Shown one piece after another: positions 24,140 to 36,990 of a DNA stretch of 64,000 bases. Origin of the DNA: Alloascoidea hylecoeti (Eukaryota); the NCBI GenBank assembly GCA_001600815.1, contig BCKZ01000004.1:1-64000 (forward strand), written 5' to 3'. The notes below the pieces were generated by a model. It searched no databases. It had not been told where the DNA came from and saw only the letters and a list, made by a program, of their open reading frames with translations. The translations under genes were made by a program, and so were the position numbers. How positions within the stretch are numbered: the first letter of the stretch is position 1; the number at the start of each line of letters is the position of its first letter.

Positions 24140-25010
24140 TTATTGCCTGAGGATGTTCCGTTTCCGTATACTGTCACTGTAAAGCGGCGGACCCTCCCAA
24201 ACTTTGGCCTGGCTGTCGGACATTTGGTGCGGAACATACGCTTTACTCTCTGCAATCTGCGATACCTTCACTATTTTGGTCCTCACAACCCTCCCGTCCG
24301 CTCGCGCGCCATTGAACTTCTCATGCGCAACCCTCGCAATTTGGCTGTCCGCAAAAGTAACCTCTGCAGTTACGCTGCCGTCCGCAATTTCTTCGCTCCG
24401 ACAACTATCGACAGGCCCCAACGTCTCCATGAAAACCCGAACGTCATCTCTCGTCGTCCCGTTCGCAAGATTCATCATCCGAACAATATCCGGCCGGCTG
24501 ACGTCTTTTATGGTGTATTGTGGTTTTGGCTTTGATTTTGATTTTGGCTTTTTACTATGTGCTCCTCCTTTCACCGCAAATGAAGAAGAGGCTTTGGGAA
24601 AACTGATACTAAGTGGTTTGCTTTTGAATTGAACTTCTGTATCCCTCTTGCCTTTTTTATTATTAAGTGCTGCGAAAAGTGGATTCATAGCTAACTCCCT
24701 ATTCTTTCCGGATGCCCCTGATAATCGCTCGAATAATGGATTTTCCTTGTGATTCTTTGGCTGTGTCAAAGCTTTTGATGGAGCATTTTTATGTTTCTTC
24801 AATGATGTTGGCTTCGCTATTCTAGAAGCAAGACTCTGTATACATGTTGGCTTCTTCCGCTTCTTTGGTGTTTCATGTGTAGCTCCCTTCTAAACGTATT
24901 GTATTCGTTAGTCGTTAGTCTCTAATACTTTCCAGAACAAGATACAATATCGAACAAAATTAACATACCCCTGGTAAAGAGAGTCTGGATTGTAAAGGCG
25001 TATTTTTCAT
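24140..25010 (-). CDS. Basic RRM-domain protein; exons 25010-24969, 24889-24140
   Basis: C-terminal RRM-like VRMMNLANGTTRDDV...AEVTF...KFNGARADGRVV. A GTATGT..GACTAAC..TAG intron gives an in-frame ATG start. Confidence 0.7.
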
Positions 25011-25512
25011 GTTATCAATATTTGGTTTTGTCAAAAAGCGACACACAAATTTTAATTTCAGAGTAAAGTTAGGTATATATGACACATCACGTGATGTGAT
25101 AGATGAATCAGATTGGATTTCCAAAGCAGCTGTTTAATAGCCTGTGAAAGAATACAGAAAAACATTAGACAAACAGTTCCTGTACGAGTGATGGATTAAC
25201 TGACACTTAAATTGGTCGATTTGCTTTAACCCATTGTCACTAAGATATAATGATCTTACAATCGAGTTGATTTTAAAAAAATGTAAATATCATCACTTCT
25301 GAGGAAAAGTTTGGAACTGTTAGTAACTATTGAAATGATGATGATGAACTAAATTTAACGTGTAAGATTAGATTGGCACTACGTAGTACTACATGCCTGT
25401 AGTGCCTATTCATCAAAATTAATTTTCCTTCTAGTAGTGATGAGATGTTTGGAGGTTGGCTCTACTTGAAAAACTCACACAACCATCAGAGGAACTTAAG
25501 GAAACTAAACAA

Positions 25513-26337
25513 ATGATAGAAAAAAATATTCAAGATACTGATGAAAGTAAGGTGGAAGAATTATCGATCACATCTAATTCTACTCAAGATAGATTAGCAC
25601 GGTTGAAAGAACTTAAAACTCGAAAGGTATGTAAAACATGTTATCCAATACCAATATAATAATAAATACTAATCCTAATGGTATAGGCTGAATCAGAAAA
25701 ACTAAATAAAAAAGCATTATATGAAGAACATAAACGAAAACTACTAGATCCTGCGACGAAACAAAAAATGGTCAATCAAAAGCAAAGAGCAGAATTTGAG
25801 TTAGCTAAACTTGAAGCAGAGGCATCAAATGAAGACTTTGAAAGACAACGTGCTTGGGATTGGACAGTTGAAGAATCAGAAAAGTGGGATAAGAGAATGG
25901 CAGAGAAAAAAGATCGAGAAGAGAATGGTGGATTTCAGGATTATTCACAAGCCGCTGAGAGAGCATATTTAAAAGAGATGAGGGAGTTTAAACCTGATGT
26001 TAAGTCATATTTACAAAGTCAAATTAAGGATTTACAGAAGAATAATATCAAGGAAGTTATAACGACGGAGAATGGACAGATTATAGTATCTGGTGATACG
26101 GAGCCAACTAGATACGGGGAACATAAACCAAGCAAGAGTGATATTGATCGTCTTGTGGGACAGGTGAAAAAAGGAGATGAAAGAAGAATGAAGCGAAGAA
26201 GAGATTCTGATGAAAATGAAACAACTGTGAATTATATCAACGAAACAAACAAACAATTCAATAAGAAACTGGCTAGGCATTATGATAAGTATACTAAGGA
26301 AACAAGAGATGCTTTTGAACGAGGGACTGCGATATAA
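25513..26337 (+). CDS. SYF2: Pre-mRNA splicing factor Syf2; exons 25513-25626, 25687-26337
   Basis: EDFERQRAWDWTVEESEKW, YINETNKQFNKKLARHYDKYT, FERGTAI; in-frame GTATGT intron. Confidence 0.9.
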
Positions 26338-26434
26338 AAACTGTCGTAAAATATTAAGTAACTAATATTTAAAATGATTAAACGTGTGTGTGTGTGCATA
26401 TTTGTACATTATTAAAGAAGAAAATTACATCATG

Positions 26435-27033
26435 TCATATTCGTAGGAATGGTGGAGCAAAGTCCGGATCATAATCCAGCTCAGCCTTGAAAGATTCAAT
26501 AAACTAGAAAATAAAGTATTAGGGATGTAAGTATAATACAGATATCAGCAGTTGGAGTGAAAACTTACCTCGACATCTGCCTCGGTCTTCCCGGCAGCAA
26601 ATTTGGAATACTCATCGAAAATGCCTGCAAGACTCCACCCTTGGAGGACGCTTCTCATCACACCAACGAGAACGCCTACTCTGTGTTTTCCTTTGTTGGA
26701 ATGGACCAATATTGGGTAATTTCGGGTGTCGAGCATTTTAGAAAGAGCCTGTGTGATTGCGACGGGGTCATTCTCTATGAAAGGTTCTTTAACACTTTTC
26801 ATTTTGATGTAGACGTAGTTGATGCCATGACTAGAGGTCCATGAGACATAGTCCGAATTATCGTCCACATCCCCCACATATATGATTGTTTTGAGGTGAA
26901 GAGTTTCAAGAAAAGGATAGTTGATTGGAACAGGGTGACCACTCCGATATATCGAGTCTTCAACGAGGGCAAAGTTCAGTGGTGGGACAAAAACCGACAT
27001 GTAAAATTTATTATGTGTATTTTCAATTGACAT
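26435..27033 (-). CDS. OCA2: Oca2-like tyrosine pseudophosphatase (Siw14/Oca family); exons 27033-26569, 26503-26435; start may be 27000
   Basis: VPPLNFALVEDSIYRSGHP and HSNKGKHR (catalytic Cys replaced by Ser). A 3' GTAAGT intron yields ...DVEFIESF. Confidence 0.8.
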
Positions 27034-27170
27034 TACATTTTTTTATTTCTCATAATATTAATAGTAATATTGATTGAAAATGTGCACGTGACGGTTGTTA
27101 TTTTTGGAAAACTAATGAATCTGTTTTAAAAACCTGACACTCCTACAAATAGAAACTGATACAAAGGAGA

Positions 27171-28265
27171 ATGTCTCGACACCATCATTCTACTTCTCGG
27201 AGAACCAGTAACCTCCAGTGTGTGCTGCTAACCCTGGCTCTTTTGGTCGCACTGATCGCTGCCGACACTACAGGCACCACTGCGACTCAAGCTGCCACCA
27301 CCAAAACAAATGAGGCCACTACCACCCAAGCTACTACTACCCAAGCAGAAGAGACCACTACCGCCAAAACTGCTACAACAACAGCAGATGAGGCCACTAC
27401 CACCCTGCCTGGTCTCACCACGGATGCGACTACCTCGGAGAAAGGAACTACCTCAGAAGACTCAACTTCAACATCAGCTACGTCAACAAGTTCAACGACA
27501 AAAACCACTGCCACTGCGACTGCGACTGCAACTGATAGTGATTTGCCATCTGTTACTTCAGATGCAGAAGCTACGGCTACTGATGAGGACATGCCTAGTT
27601 TGACACAAACGAGTGCCGATGGCTCTAGTTATACGACACCAGCTATAACCATTCCAGCTACAAATGGTAATCCTTATATCCATAGGACATCATCACCTAG
27701 GGGTACGGTGTTTATTGCAGTTGGTTCAGTTATTGGGGGTATTATTTTATCAGTGTTAGCCTGGAACGCGGTTGTAGCGTTTGCCATGAGACGAGAACTT
27801 AAGAACTCAAGAGGAAGTAGTGGAATGTATGATTATAAAGGTCTTAACGATGGTGTTGGTAATGATGATTTCTACGGCCATGAATCAGTCTCCATGGATA
27901 ACCTTACGCCTTCAGGTACAAAACTCTCGATGTATTCTCCTTTGAACGTGCCTGGAAATACTGGTTCCATGTTTATTTCTCCAACGGCAGAAGTCACCAC
28001 CTCGGCTGCAGCTATGACATATGGTGCTGGAAATACTAACAGCATGATGATGAGCGGGAATTCTGCCTCCATGTCGGGGGATATGCGATCCAGTGCTTAT
28101 CTGCCAAGTGGGTATTATCCTTCAGCTGGCCCTGCTCCAAGTAATGCCGACGCTCCTCCACGAAACTCGACCTACGATATGCCCGTTGAGCCACAGCGAG
28201 GACGGGGACGTGGAAGCAATATCCCCCCGAGTATGTATCTGGATGAGATTTTCAAGCAAACTTAA
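27171..28265 (+). CDS. Ser/Thr-rich single-pass membrane protein (Csi2/Prm5-like)
   Basis: Signal-like N-terminus, T/S-rich ectodomain, NPYIH..PRGTVFIAVG + TM, MFISPT and PSMYLDE motifs. Confidence 0.75.
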   Translation: MSRHHHSTSRRTSNLQCVLLTLALLVALIAADTTGTTATQAATTKTNEATTTQATTTQAEETTTAKTATTTADEATTTLPGLTTDATTSEKGTTSEDSTSTSATSTSSTTKTTATATATATDSDLPSVTSDAEATATDEDMPSLTQTSADGSSYTTPAITIPATNGNPYIHRTSSPRGTVFIAVGSVIGGIILSVLAWNAVVAFAMRRELKNSRGSSGMYDYKGLNDGVGNDDFYGHESVSMDNLTPSGTKLSMYSPLNVPGNTGSMFISPTAEVTTSAAAMTYGAGNTNSMMMSGNSASMSGDMRSSAYLPSGYYPSAGPAPSNADAPPRNSTYDMPVEPQRGRGRGSNIPPSMYLDEIFKQT

Positions 28266-28468
28266 GCTCTGGGCGGGTAACGGCTGATATGCGGATGAAT
28301 GCGGATGCATGCGGGACTGCGTGGGATCTGGATGCATTTTTTGTTATTGTTTACATTTAGTCCTATATAAACTTACATAGAGAGAATTTGGAAGCTGAGT
28401 ATTAATCATATTAATTCATTAAATCTTAATTTTCCTTCTTCCTCCGTTTGCCAACCCGTTATGGAATC

Positions 28469-29775
28469 ATGTCGCACGAGCCTGAAGGAACACTTGTCGT
28501 GGTGACGATGCGTGCAAGACACCTGCCGAATAGAAGACGTATAGAAAAACAGAATCCTTTTTGTGTCCTAAGAGTACTAAATATTATTGATCAAACAGAA
28601 GTGGTTGACAGAGGTGGTCAAACTCCACAGTGGAATCATGAATCCCGTTTTACTGTTTTCTCTGGCCAGCCACGCATACTGAAAATATCCATACTTGATG
28701 AAACAAGAGTCAATCCTGAATTAATTTCTAGCTCTGAAATCGATTTCACTGAAGCAATTAATAATACTGTGGAAGAAGGTTATGATAATTGGCATCAATT
28801 ACAATCAAATGGTAGAGATGGTGGTGAAATTTACCTAGAAATGACATTCTATCCTTCTGTAAGTACCATTTTTATTCAAATTTATATTTGTTTCTAATCA
28901 CGAATGATCATTAATATTAATTCGAATTCTAGAAACCAATTTTCCCACTTTTTCTTACCCCGAAACACACGTTAAATGTTTCAAATTCGAGTTCTAGAAT
29001 ACTTGGAAGAAGACCACTCCCTCCTCTGCCTACATCTAATAATATCGGAAATAAATCTACTGACTCTACCCGTTTAAATCATTCTTCCTCATCTGCAAAT
29101 GGCCATGAACGAACCAACATCATACAACCCATCCCTCCCTCAATTATAGCTAAAAGTATTTCCAATAAATTTGGTCGTGGCCGTTTACAGTTTGATGAGT
29201 CAAGATACTCCTCGTCCTCAAATTCAAGTTCCCGATCGGTATTTTCTGATTTCAGCTCTGCTTCATCATGCTCAATGCATCAACAAAGTGTCATGGAAGT
29301 ACTTGATGATATGAATGAAGAAATACACGCAAAACAATTGCCCTCTATCCCTATGTTTGAGTATACCTCTAGATCTAGATATGAGTCGGTTTTGAATTCA
29401 AATGAACACTCAGATCAATTTCGAAATAGATTTTGGAATAAGCATGTTGGACTACAAGATTATAGCATATATCAAAGCCGTAATTATAATAATAACAACC
29501 CTACAGATAGCATTAGTCCATATACATGTGAAGAAAATCCCTTTTATTTTAACATTCACCACTCTAATAAAGTACCTAGAAACGTGGACACCAATCAATA
29601 TAACTCACGTACTAGGAATTATTCATCATCTCCTTCCACTAAATCAGAAAAAAAGTCTGTGTCTGTTTATGATGAATTAGATTTGATCTCTTCTGGTATA
29701 GCAAGACTGGATATACCTTATTCAGATTCGAGATCTAGATCTAGATCTAGATCTAGGAATGAACTTCGCTTCTAG
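28469..29775 (+). CDS. INN1: C2-domain cytokinesis ingression protein Inn1/Fic1; exons 28469-28858, 28933-29775
   Basis: GTLVVVTMRARHLPNRRRIEKQNPFC, RGGQTPQW, GEIYLEMTFYP. In-frame intron; PxxP tail (RRPLPPLP). Confidence 0.82.
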
Positions 29776-30287
29776 TATAATTCTATTGCTTTAAACTTAT
29801 ATATTCATATCATGATCATATTTCCATATTGGGGAAAAAACTTGCTTTAGGTCTTTCAAATTGTATCTGTTTTATTTTTTTCAATGTTTTTATTCATTAT
29901 ATTTATAATGGATATTGTAATTGCATTATTGTACCGGAGCTGTATTTTACATATTCTATATAATACATTTTATAATTAATCCAGATTATATCTCAGGAGG
30001 ATGTTTTAATATTAATATATATTCACCCCTGTAATTCTATAACCATTAAGAAATCGCGATTTATTCCTTATTTTATATATGATATTTTAAAATTGTAAAA
30101 TTGTAAAATTGATTAATTATTATCCATAATATACATATATTACCAAATCATCCCAATTCAATTAACACTAAATAAAATATATATAAAAATCCTATGCTAA
30201 TCAATAAAAATCAAAATTAAGCTGGTTTTCTCAAATCTCAAAACCATTCTTCTTATAATTAATCAATCAATATTTCATAAAAATAAG

Positions 30288-32018
30288 TTACTCCGCATAT
30301 TTAGACCATTTCCTTATTTTAGGTCCATATAAATAAATCAATAATAAAATAGGTTGTAAAGCAAATGAAATACCTGCTAACATACTACAAGCTTGACCGA
30401 TACCCATAACAGTATATAATCTATGAGCAAATAATGGGAACACACTTGCCATAATTGATCTAAAAGCCGTATTTATTGCCATGACAGAAGCAACATATTT
30501 TGGATATGACATTGGTAAATATACCATTAATGTTTGAAACAATAAGAAAATACCAGGTAAATAAAGTGCTGCACCAATTGTTGGAGCAATCCAATGAATA
30601 CTTGCACGAGATGTCCAACCAAAAATAAATAATGAAATAGGAATGAATAATCCTCCAATTAAAGCGATTTTTAACCGATCTTCTGGTTCTCCCCATTCTC
30701 CATTTAGAATTTGTTTATAGTATACTTTATAATAATGATACATGTAGATGCCACTTGTAATTGCACAACTTATTGCTAAACTTAAGAATGGTAACCCAAG
30801 TTCACCAAGATTAAAATGATAAATATTAACAAATACCAGTGGAAATGCTTCAAACCAAAGATAAAACTGTGCATATGCTAGACCAAGATATATATTGCAG
30901 AACAAAACAACTGGTTCTAAACCAATTTGAATTGGTTTTGCGAATGCATCAAATATGAAAGAGGAAGCAGTTGTATGCATTTGTTTAATTTCAGCTTCTG
31001 TTTTGATTAATTTTGCAATTTCTGGAGGTTGGTTTTTTCTAATTTTATCTGCTTTGTGAATCAATAATTTCGGTGCGTATGTTTCCGGAAGAAGGAAAAA
31101 TAACAAGAGTAATGCTATTCCTGTTGCGATTTCTACTTCCCATAAAGGCCATCTCCAATTCAATTTCATCACTGAGTAGCCTCCAATTACTGGTCCGACA
31201 ACAGGTCCAGCGAGAGCTCCAAATGACCATATAATCAATGAAAAAGGTGCATGGGCATAACTAAACATGTCAGCTAAAGAGGCACCACCAGTAGATAATG
31301 CAGGGCTACCAAAAAATCCTGTTAAAAATCTCATAGCCATTAAAGTACTATAATTTTGTGAAAGCGCTCCAACCAAATTGAATATAACAAACAGAGATAA
31401 AGTTACAATATAAACAGGTGTTCTACCAATCGTCGGAATTTCGGTCAAAGGGGATAATATTAGTGGACCAAAACCATAGCCAAGTATATAAAGAGATAAT
31501 CCTAGAATTGCCTTTGTTAATGAAACATTAAAAACTCTTGATATTTCTTCGGTTGAACTTGTATAAATTGAAGCGGCAACATAAACAGAGAAAGTTAATA
31601 CTGATATTAAAGCATTAACTTTGATTTTTCTAGAAGTTGGCCAATTTTGAGGATGATCTGGATCATTATCTTCCCATTCAACAATATAATAACCATAATT
31701 TGAATCCTTTTTTAATATAACGTTTTGTGTTTCCTTTGTTATATTATCTTTCAGGTTTGAATTGACTTCAGTTGATGAATTAAACCCAGAGTCAACCGAA
31801 TGGAGATCCAGATCATGACTGATAGATTTTTCTTCAGAATTTTTCTCAATGACATTCGCTTCGTCAGCGCTCTTGTCTTCATCACTGTTAGATTCGGTTG
31901 AAGCCGGTGTATCTTGGAGTATTACCTTTTTGTTCTCTATATCCTGTATCTTAGAGTCGGACTTTAAAAAGTAATGAATAAGAGTCCCAAAAGTTGAGTG
32001 TGTTAATAAATAAGACAT
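30288..32018 (-). CDS. MFS drug:H+ antiporter, DHA1 family (Flr1/Mdr1-like)
   Basis: WEDNDPDHPQNW, PLTEIPTIGR, MRFLTGFFGSPALSTGGASLAD, LPET, PEDRL. First ATG at 32018. Confidence 0.9.
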   Translation of the reverse strand: MSYLLTHSTFGTLIHYFLKSDSKIQDIENKKVILQDTPASTESNSDEDKSADEANVIEKNSEEKSISHDLDLHSVDSGFNSSTEVNSNLKDNITKETQNVILKKDSNYGYYIVEWEDNDPDHPQNWPTSRKIKVNALISVLTFSVYVAASIYTSSTEEISRVFNVSLTKAILGLSLYILGYGFGPLILSPLTEIPTIGRTPVYIVTLSLFVIFNLVGALSQNYSTLMAMRFLTGFFGSPALSTGGASLADMFSYAHAPFSLIIWSFGALAGPVVGPVIGGYSVMKLNWRWPLWEVEIATGIALLLLFFLLPETYAPKLLIHKADKIRKNQPPEIAKLIKTEAEIKQMHTTASSFIFDAFAKPIQIGLEPVVLFCNIYLGLAYAQFYLWFEAFPLVFVNIYHFNLGELGLPFLSLAISCAITSGIYMYHYYKVYYKQILNGEWGEPEDRLKIALIGGLFIPISLFIFGWTSRASIHWIAPTIGAALYLPGIFLLFQTLMVYLPMSYPKYVASVMAINTAFRSIMASVFPLFAHRLYTVMGIGQACSMLAGISFALQPILLLIYLYGPKIRKWSKYAE

Positions 32019-33480
32019 TGGTATACAAATAATGAAGATAGAGAAGAGGTTTGTTTCTATATAATTTGTTGAGGATTCCGGGTATTTATATAATAACAAA
32101 GGGAATCATTGGGTCTGTGAAAAATCCGGTAATACCGTTTTTAAGATTTACTCATAATCACGCCGTGCTATCTGAGTTTATTATTAAGGGTTCTACAGCA
32201 TGCGATTTTGCGGATTTTGTGGATTTACGGCGTCTACTCTCAATCTGAAATTATAATTAATAAGCAATTGACTGTTACTGGTCCTGCTGATTAATAGATT
32301 TATCATATGGTTGAAAGTTAGAAACTTTGATAGGTCAGATAATTTCATATTATACATGGCATTATTAATACAGTTGCAACTTTTGCAAGCCCGTGTGTAT
32401 TTGGGGTCACAGAAAGTATTGCTGTCTGGCTGCCATGCTGGTAATTACTCAGCGAAAGAAATTGTCTTCCATTTTAGCAATAAACTTTGCAGCGTATTTC
32501 TCGTATTATTAACCGAATTAAATAGTCATACAACTTGATACAAAACGCATAATTCCAACATTTATTCATCTTATTAATATTTCACTTATTCTCAAACACT
32601 TACTGCCTTTACAAGATAATATTAATATGATCAATCACGACTTAACCTGCTGCATCCTCACCTCGATTCGTCAATAAATCATTTACCACCTTCGGCATAA
32701 GAGACATAATTTTAGTGTATAGATGTTTTCACATCACCTCAAATGTCATCCGACCCCTTATACTTTGACAACACCATTCTATTCATTTGGTACTTCACAT
32801 TCAAATAGGACCATTTACATTCCAGAAATCTTCCATGTTCATGTTTTTATAAAAGTACTACTACTTCTTTGACACTAACGTTGAACTTTGAAACCAGTTC
32901 AGCATACCTATCCAAGGGGTAAGTCTTTAAAACACTCATAGTGCGATTCACTATCTGTCAGCAAGCTTTTCGGGCTTTCTAATTTGAGGAGATGTATTTC
33001 TTTATTGTGAACCACAGTACGAATATTCCACTTATATGCCGCAAATAGAGAATTCATATTTCCTCATATTACACATATTAATCCTCTTCTCTGGTCTTAA
33101 TTCCTTTTTAAAAATTCTCTTGTCTGAAATCTCCCCTAACGGAATTCTAGGGATCATTTATGCTATATGGTATTATGCTACATGGCACTGGGCTACTCAT
33201 TTAGAAAATATGGATATGCATATTTGCTGAATTACTGTGTATGGCAATGTAATGAAAAATGGGGATAACAGGAGTATATATGCATATGCATAGCACTTAT
33301 TACCGGTATACGTATGAAATGGCTAGTGCCAAACCTGGCCGAAAATTATTTAATGGGATCGCCGATACCTAGTAATCAGAATGGTCGCAATTAAGTGGAA
33401 TCACGGTACTTCCAATAATGTTGTATTCAGGAAGTATAAGTCCTCCAGGCAGCACACCCTTGTGAATCCACCTCATCATC

Positions 33481-35494
33481 ATGAAAGTGAAAGTCATAGA
33501 CCTCCCTGAAGATATCATTATTCCTTACTCCACCGGATGCATTTTACTTCCTCAAGACATGTACACTACTCTTCGCCTTCTATAAACGGAACTATATTAA
33601 TGACCGACATGCTGCTATTATATTGGATTCCTTCACTAAGGGAAATCAAAAAAAGTGCATCAAATCATTGAAACAAAAGCACAAAAGGATAGTCAATAAC
33701 TTAAACAATGGGGATGTTAAGATCGTAAATCTATTTGATTCTGCTGTAGTTGAGAAACCAACCCTTAAAATAATTGAAAGCAATGCATTATTCATCGAGT
33801 GGCAAAATAAAATTGTTCGGGATTATATTAATAACAAAGAGAGGGAAACTTTGTTCCCGATTTTAACGGAGAATGAGTACGTTGCTTGTGGTCATTTAAA
33901 CTACGCAATTAATGGCCTTTTTGAGTTATCGTCTGTCGAAAATACAATTATTGAACACGATGATCGAAAAGTCGCTGGTGGTGATCATAATATAATTTAT
34001 GATGATACTGATGATGAATTTGTGATACGGATAATCCCATTGGTTAGTATCCTCAGTTATCGTGAAATCTCGAGTGTTTTTTTTGAATCGGATTCAAAAT
34101 CAAAAAGAATGATCAATAAATTATATGCAAAATTCCCACAAACTTCTGCATTAATCAATAAACCTTTAGATCAATTCAATTGGAAAAATGCAATTTCTAA
34201 GGAATCTAATAATACTTCTTGCTCTACAATTGCTAATAATTATAGTAATTGGAAAGTGCCAGTTAACTTTCAGGAGAAATTATACGTAAAGCCACCATTT
34301 TGGTATCATCGAAAAAAGTTTTATGATCCTATATTATTTAACATTCTTTATAAAAAAAGGAAAAAACGAGATGACAAATCTTATGCAGTCCGATACGGTG
34401 AGTTATTCACACCTGAGAAATTTTTGAAAATTAATGATAATACTTCTGGGAAATATCTGATATCGACCAATGCTTTAGGTGAGAATTCTAATTTATATAT
34501 ACCTGTAACTATAAGTTGTTATAAGAAAAACAGCGATAAGGATAACAAATTACAATCAACAATGATTTGGCAAGTTAAAATCAAATTGCCAAAGAAGCGA
34601 ATAGACTCTAATTCCCATCTTAAAATTAAGGAAACCTTATCAATTCCAAGTTTTTTAAAAATCCAAGTATCAGATTTTTATACTTTAATCCCATTAATGA
34701 TATATACATATAATCATAATGAATTGAAAGCTGTTGATGCCTACTTCTGGCTAGTATTTAAAATTACAAACGGTGAATACTTGGGTAATTATAAAATCAA
34801 TTATGATTTAAGTGCCTATCATTATAAGTTGCCAACATTTGGAATGGGAAGTGATGAAGGATTCACAGAAATTAAGCATCTTCTTATTCCTCAGATTACC
34901 ATGATTGGCTCAAACTTATTTCAAATTGATTATAATTGGAAATTTATAGATGTTGCTGTTCAATGTATTGATAATTTTCGGTTATTATGGATTCCAATGA
35001 TAAATTTTTTAAATATGATCAAAAATGATAACAATATTGAAGATCGATATCATCATATAAGAATTGATGTTGAATCTTTTAATTCAGTAACTTCAGATTT
35101 ATCAGATATATCGTATAACTTAAATGTATATCCCAATCCTAGTTCTAACAAATCCAACTGGAAAGCGATACTAGAAACTCCTAAAATCGATACCCTTCTA
35201 CCTCTCGTAAACATCAAGTATCCTGATCGTGAAATAAAAGAAACAAAAGTTTATCCATATTTCTGGAACAATAATAATATAGCAATAAAAGTTCAATATT
35301 ATGTTGGAAGTATCTTTGATCTATATCTAGGAATCATGGTTGATGAATATTTTATACTCTACGATATTGAGACTGAAAAATGGAGATTTATTGAAATACA
35401 ACTACCTCCAACTGGTGACCTTCAATCTTTAATCGTTGATAATAAACTGAACTTTGCTATACTTGGAGAAGATATTGTCAGTATTCCAATTTGA
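33481..35494 (+). pseudogene. F-box family gene with frameshift in the F-box (remaining ~620 codons open)
   Basis: MKVKVIDLPEDIII is followed by a 14-nt deletion relative to the paralogue at 50428, putting the F-box out of frame with the long ORF. The ORF-track start at 33623 is a TTG. Confidence 0.7.
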
Positions 35495-35842
35495 AATTCA
35501 AATAACTAGTCAGACTACAGAGCAAAAACGACATCTCGTCCATTTTGTCGGTAGGCCTTGGTTTTGTAATGAAGCCAGACTCATATCAGATACCCTACGA
35601 GTTGCTGGTGTGTTCTTGTTTGTGTCTGATATTACTTGTCTTCTGAGGTCGCCAATTCCCCCGATACATGATCATTAGCTAACAGTTTTTCTCCTAATTA
35701 CATTCACTCGTTCTTAGTTACTCTAATTTTGTGACACTCTTGTTGTCGTTTCAGGCAGGTTCTGTCCTTACTAGAACATAGCTTTTGACAAATCCCATTG
35801 GAATTTCTTGTACAGTTCATTTGATGTAAATCTTACATTTTC

Positions 35843-35898
35843 GATTACGGCCATATCTAGCAGAAAGCACCGTTCCCGTCCGATCAACAGTAGTTAAG
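35843..35898 (+). rRNA. 5S rRNA fragment (5' half; pseudogene)
   Basis: GATTACGGCCATATCTAGCAGAAAGCACCGTTCCCGTCCGATCAACAGTAGTTAAG matches yeast 5S nt ~2-57, then the similarity stops. Confidence 0.85.
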
Positions 35899-36246
35899 AT
35901 GATTATGAAAATTTTCTAATTAATCGGTCAGTTGATTTTGTTTGATATTATTATTATGATATATGTAACTATTCCGGTGGATATTCATAATCAGCGTTGA
36001 ATTCAAAGTTAACAAATACACTCAACGTTCACATAAGTTCTTAAGCTTACAATTACATATTATAGCGTATAAGAAGTTATGTCTATATTGATTTTCTACT
36101 CTAATTACATTTAGCTTATATATATTTTATAACAATTCTACTGATAATCATATATGTAAACTACTTTTAAAACTAACTCTATATCTAGAAGCCTTTGTAA
36201 TCCATGGAACTATAAATTTACAATTTAGAGTATAATTAAATTAACA

Positions 36247-36990
36247 TTAAAATGGTATATTCCCTCCTTCATAATCCAAAAATGATCCTGAATCTTTGAT
36301 TCCAAGTCCCTTGATAACTTTCAACATCGCAGAAGCTGATTCATCAGGTGTAATAATTTTCATTCCCATAGCAGAAGGATCAAAAATACCCTCCATTTGT
36401 TTAAACGCTTCTTTCCCCATATCACTAGAAACAACACCGGGATGGATGGAAACAAAGGTATGGTTCTTCGATCCTAGAGATAGTGTCTTCATATAATAGT
36501 TGAGTGCCGCTTTGGATGCTCCATATGCACCAACTGCATCAAAATCAAATCCACCAATAGAGCCAGCAATACTAGAAATAAAAATAGTTTTAGGTGATTC
36601 CCTTTTGGATAAGAATGGATTGAGTGCTCCAACAAGTAAAACTGGTCCGATTGAATTGGTCGTAAATAATCTTTGAAAAGCGGAAGTTGGTGTTTCCAGT
36701 AATGTTCTATTTTTTTCATCAATGATACCAGCATTTGAGATCAAAACATCAACTCCATTTGTGAACTTAGAGACCTGATCCGGTAAGCTTCCAATACTAT
36801 CCTCATTCGAGATATCAAGTTTGACAATCTTAGTATTAGGGTGTTTCTTGGACCAATCTTGTAATTCAGTAGCATTTTCGGGATTCCTTGCAGAAGCGAT
36901 AACTATATTTTGAGAATCTGAAGATAATTGCTTGACGAGCGAGAATCCAATTCCTCTATTTGCACCGGAAATGAAATATACTGTTGACAT
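36247..36990 (-). CDS. Classical short-chain dehydrogenase/reductase
   Basis: SGANRGIG, SNAG, YGASK catalytic motif, IHPGVVSSDM. Confidence 0.93.
   Translation of the reverse strand: MSTVYFISGANRGIGFSLVKQLSSDSQNIVIASARNPENATELQDWSKKHPNTKIVKLDISNEDSIGSLPDQVSKFTNGVDVLISNAGIIDEKNRTLLETPTSAFQRLFTTNSIGPVLLVGALNPFLSKRESPKTIFISSIAGSIGGFDFDAVGAYGASKAALNYYMKTLSLGSKNHTFVSIHPGVVSSDMGKEAFKQMEGIFDPSAMGMKIITPDESASAMLKVIKGLGIKDSGSFLDYEGGNIPF

Noticed and set aside
29729..29756. (AGATCT)n palindromic repeat giving an SR dipeptide tail
   Set aside because: Simple microsatellite in a disordered tail; no evidence of an SR-protein role.
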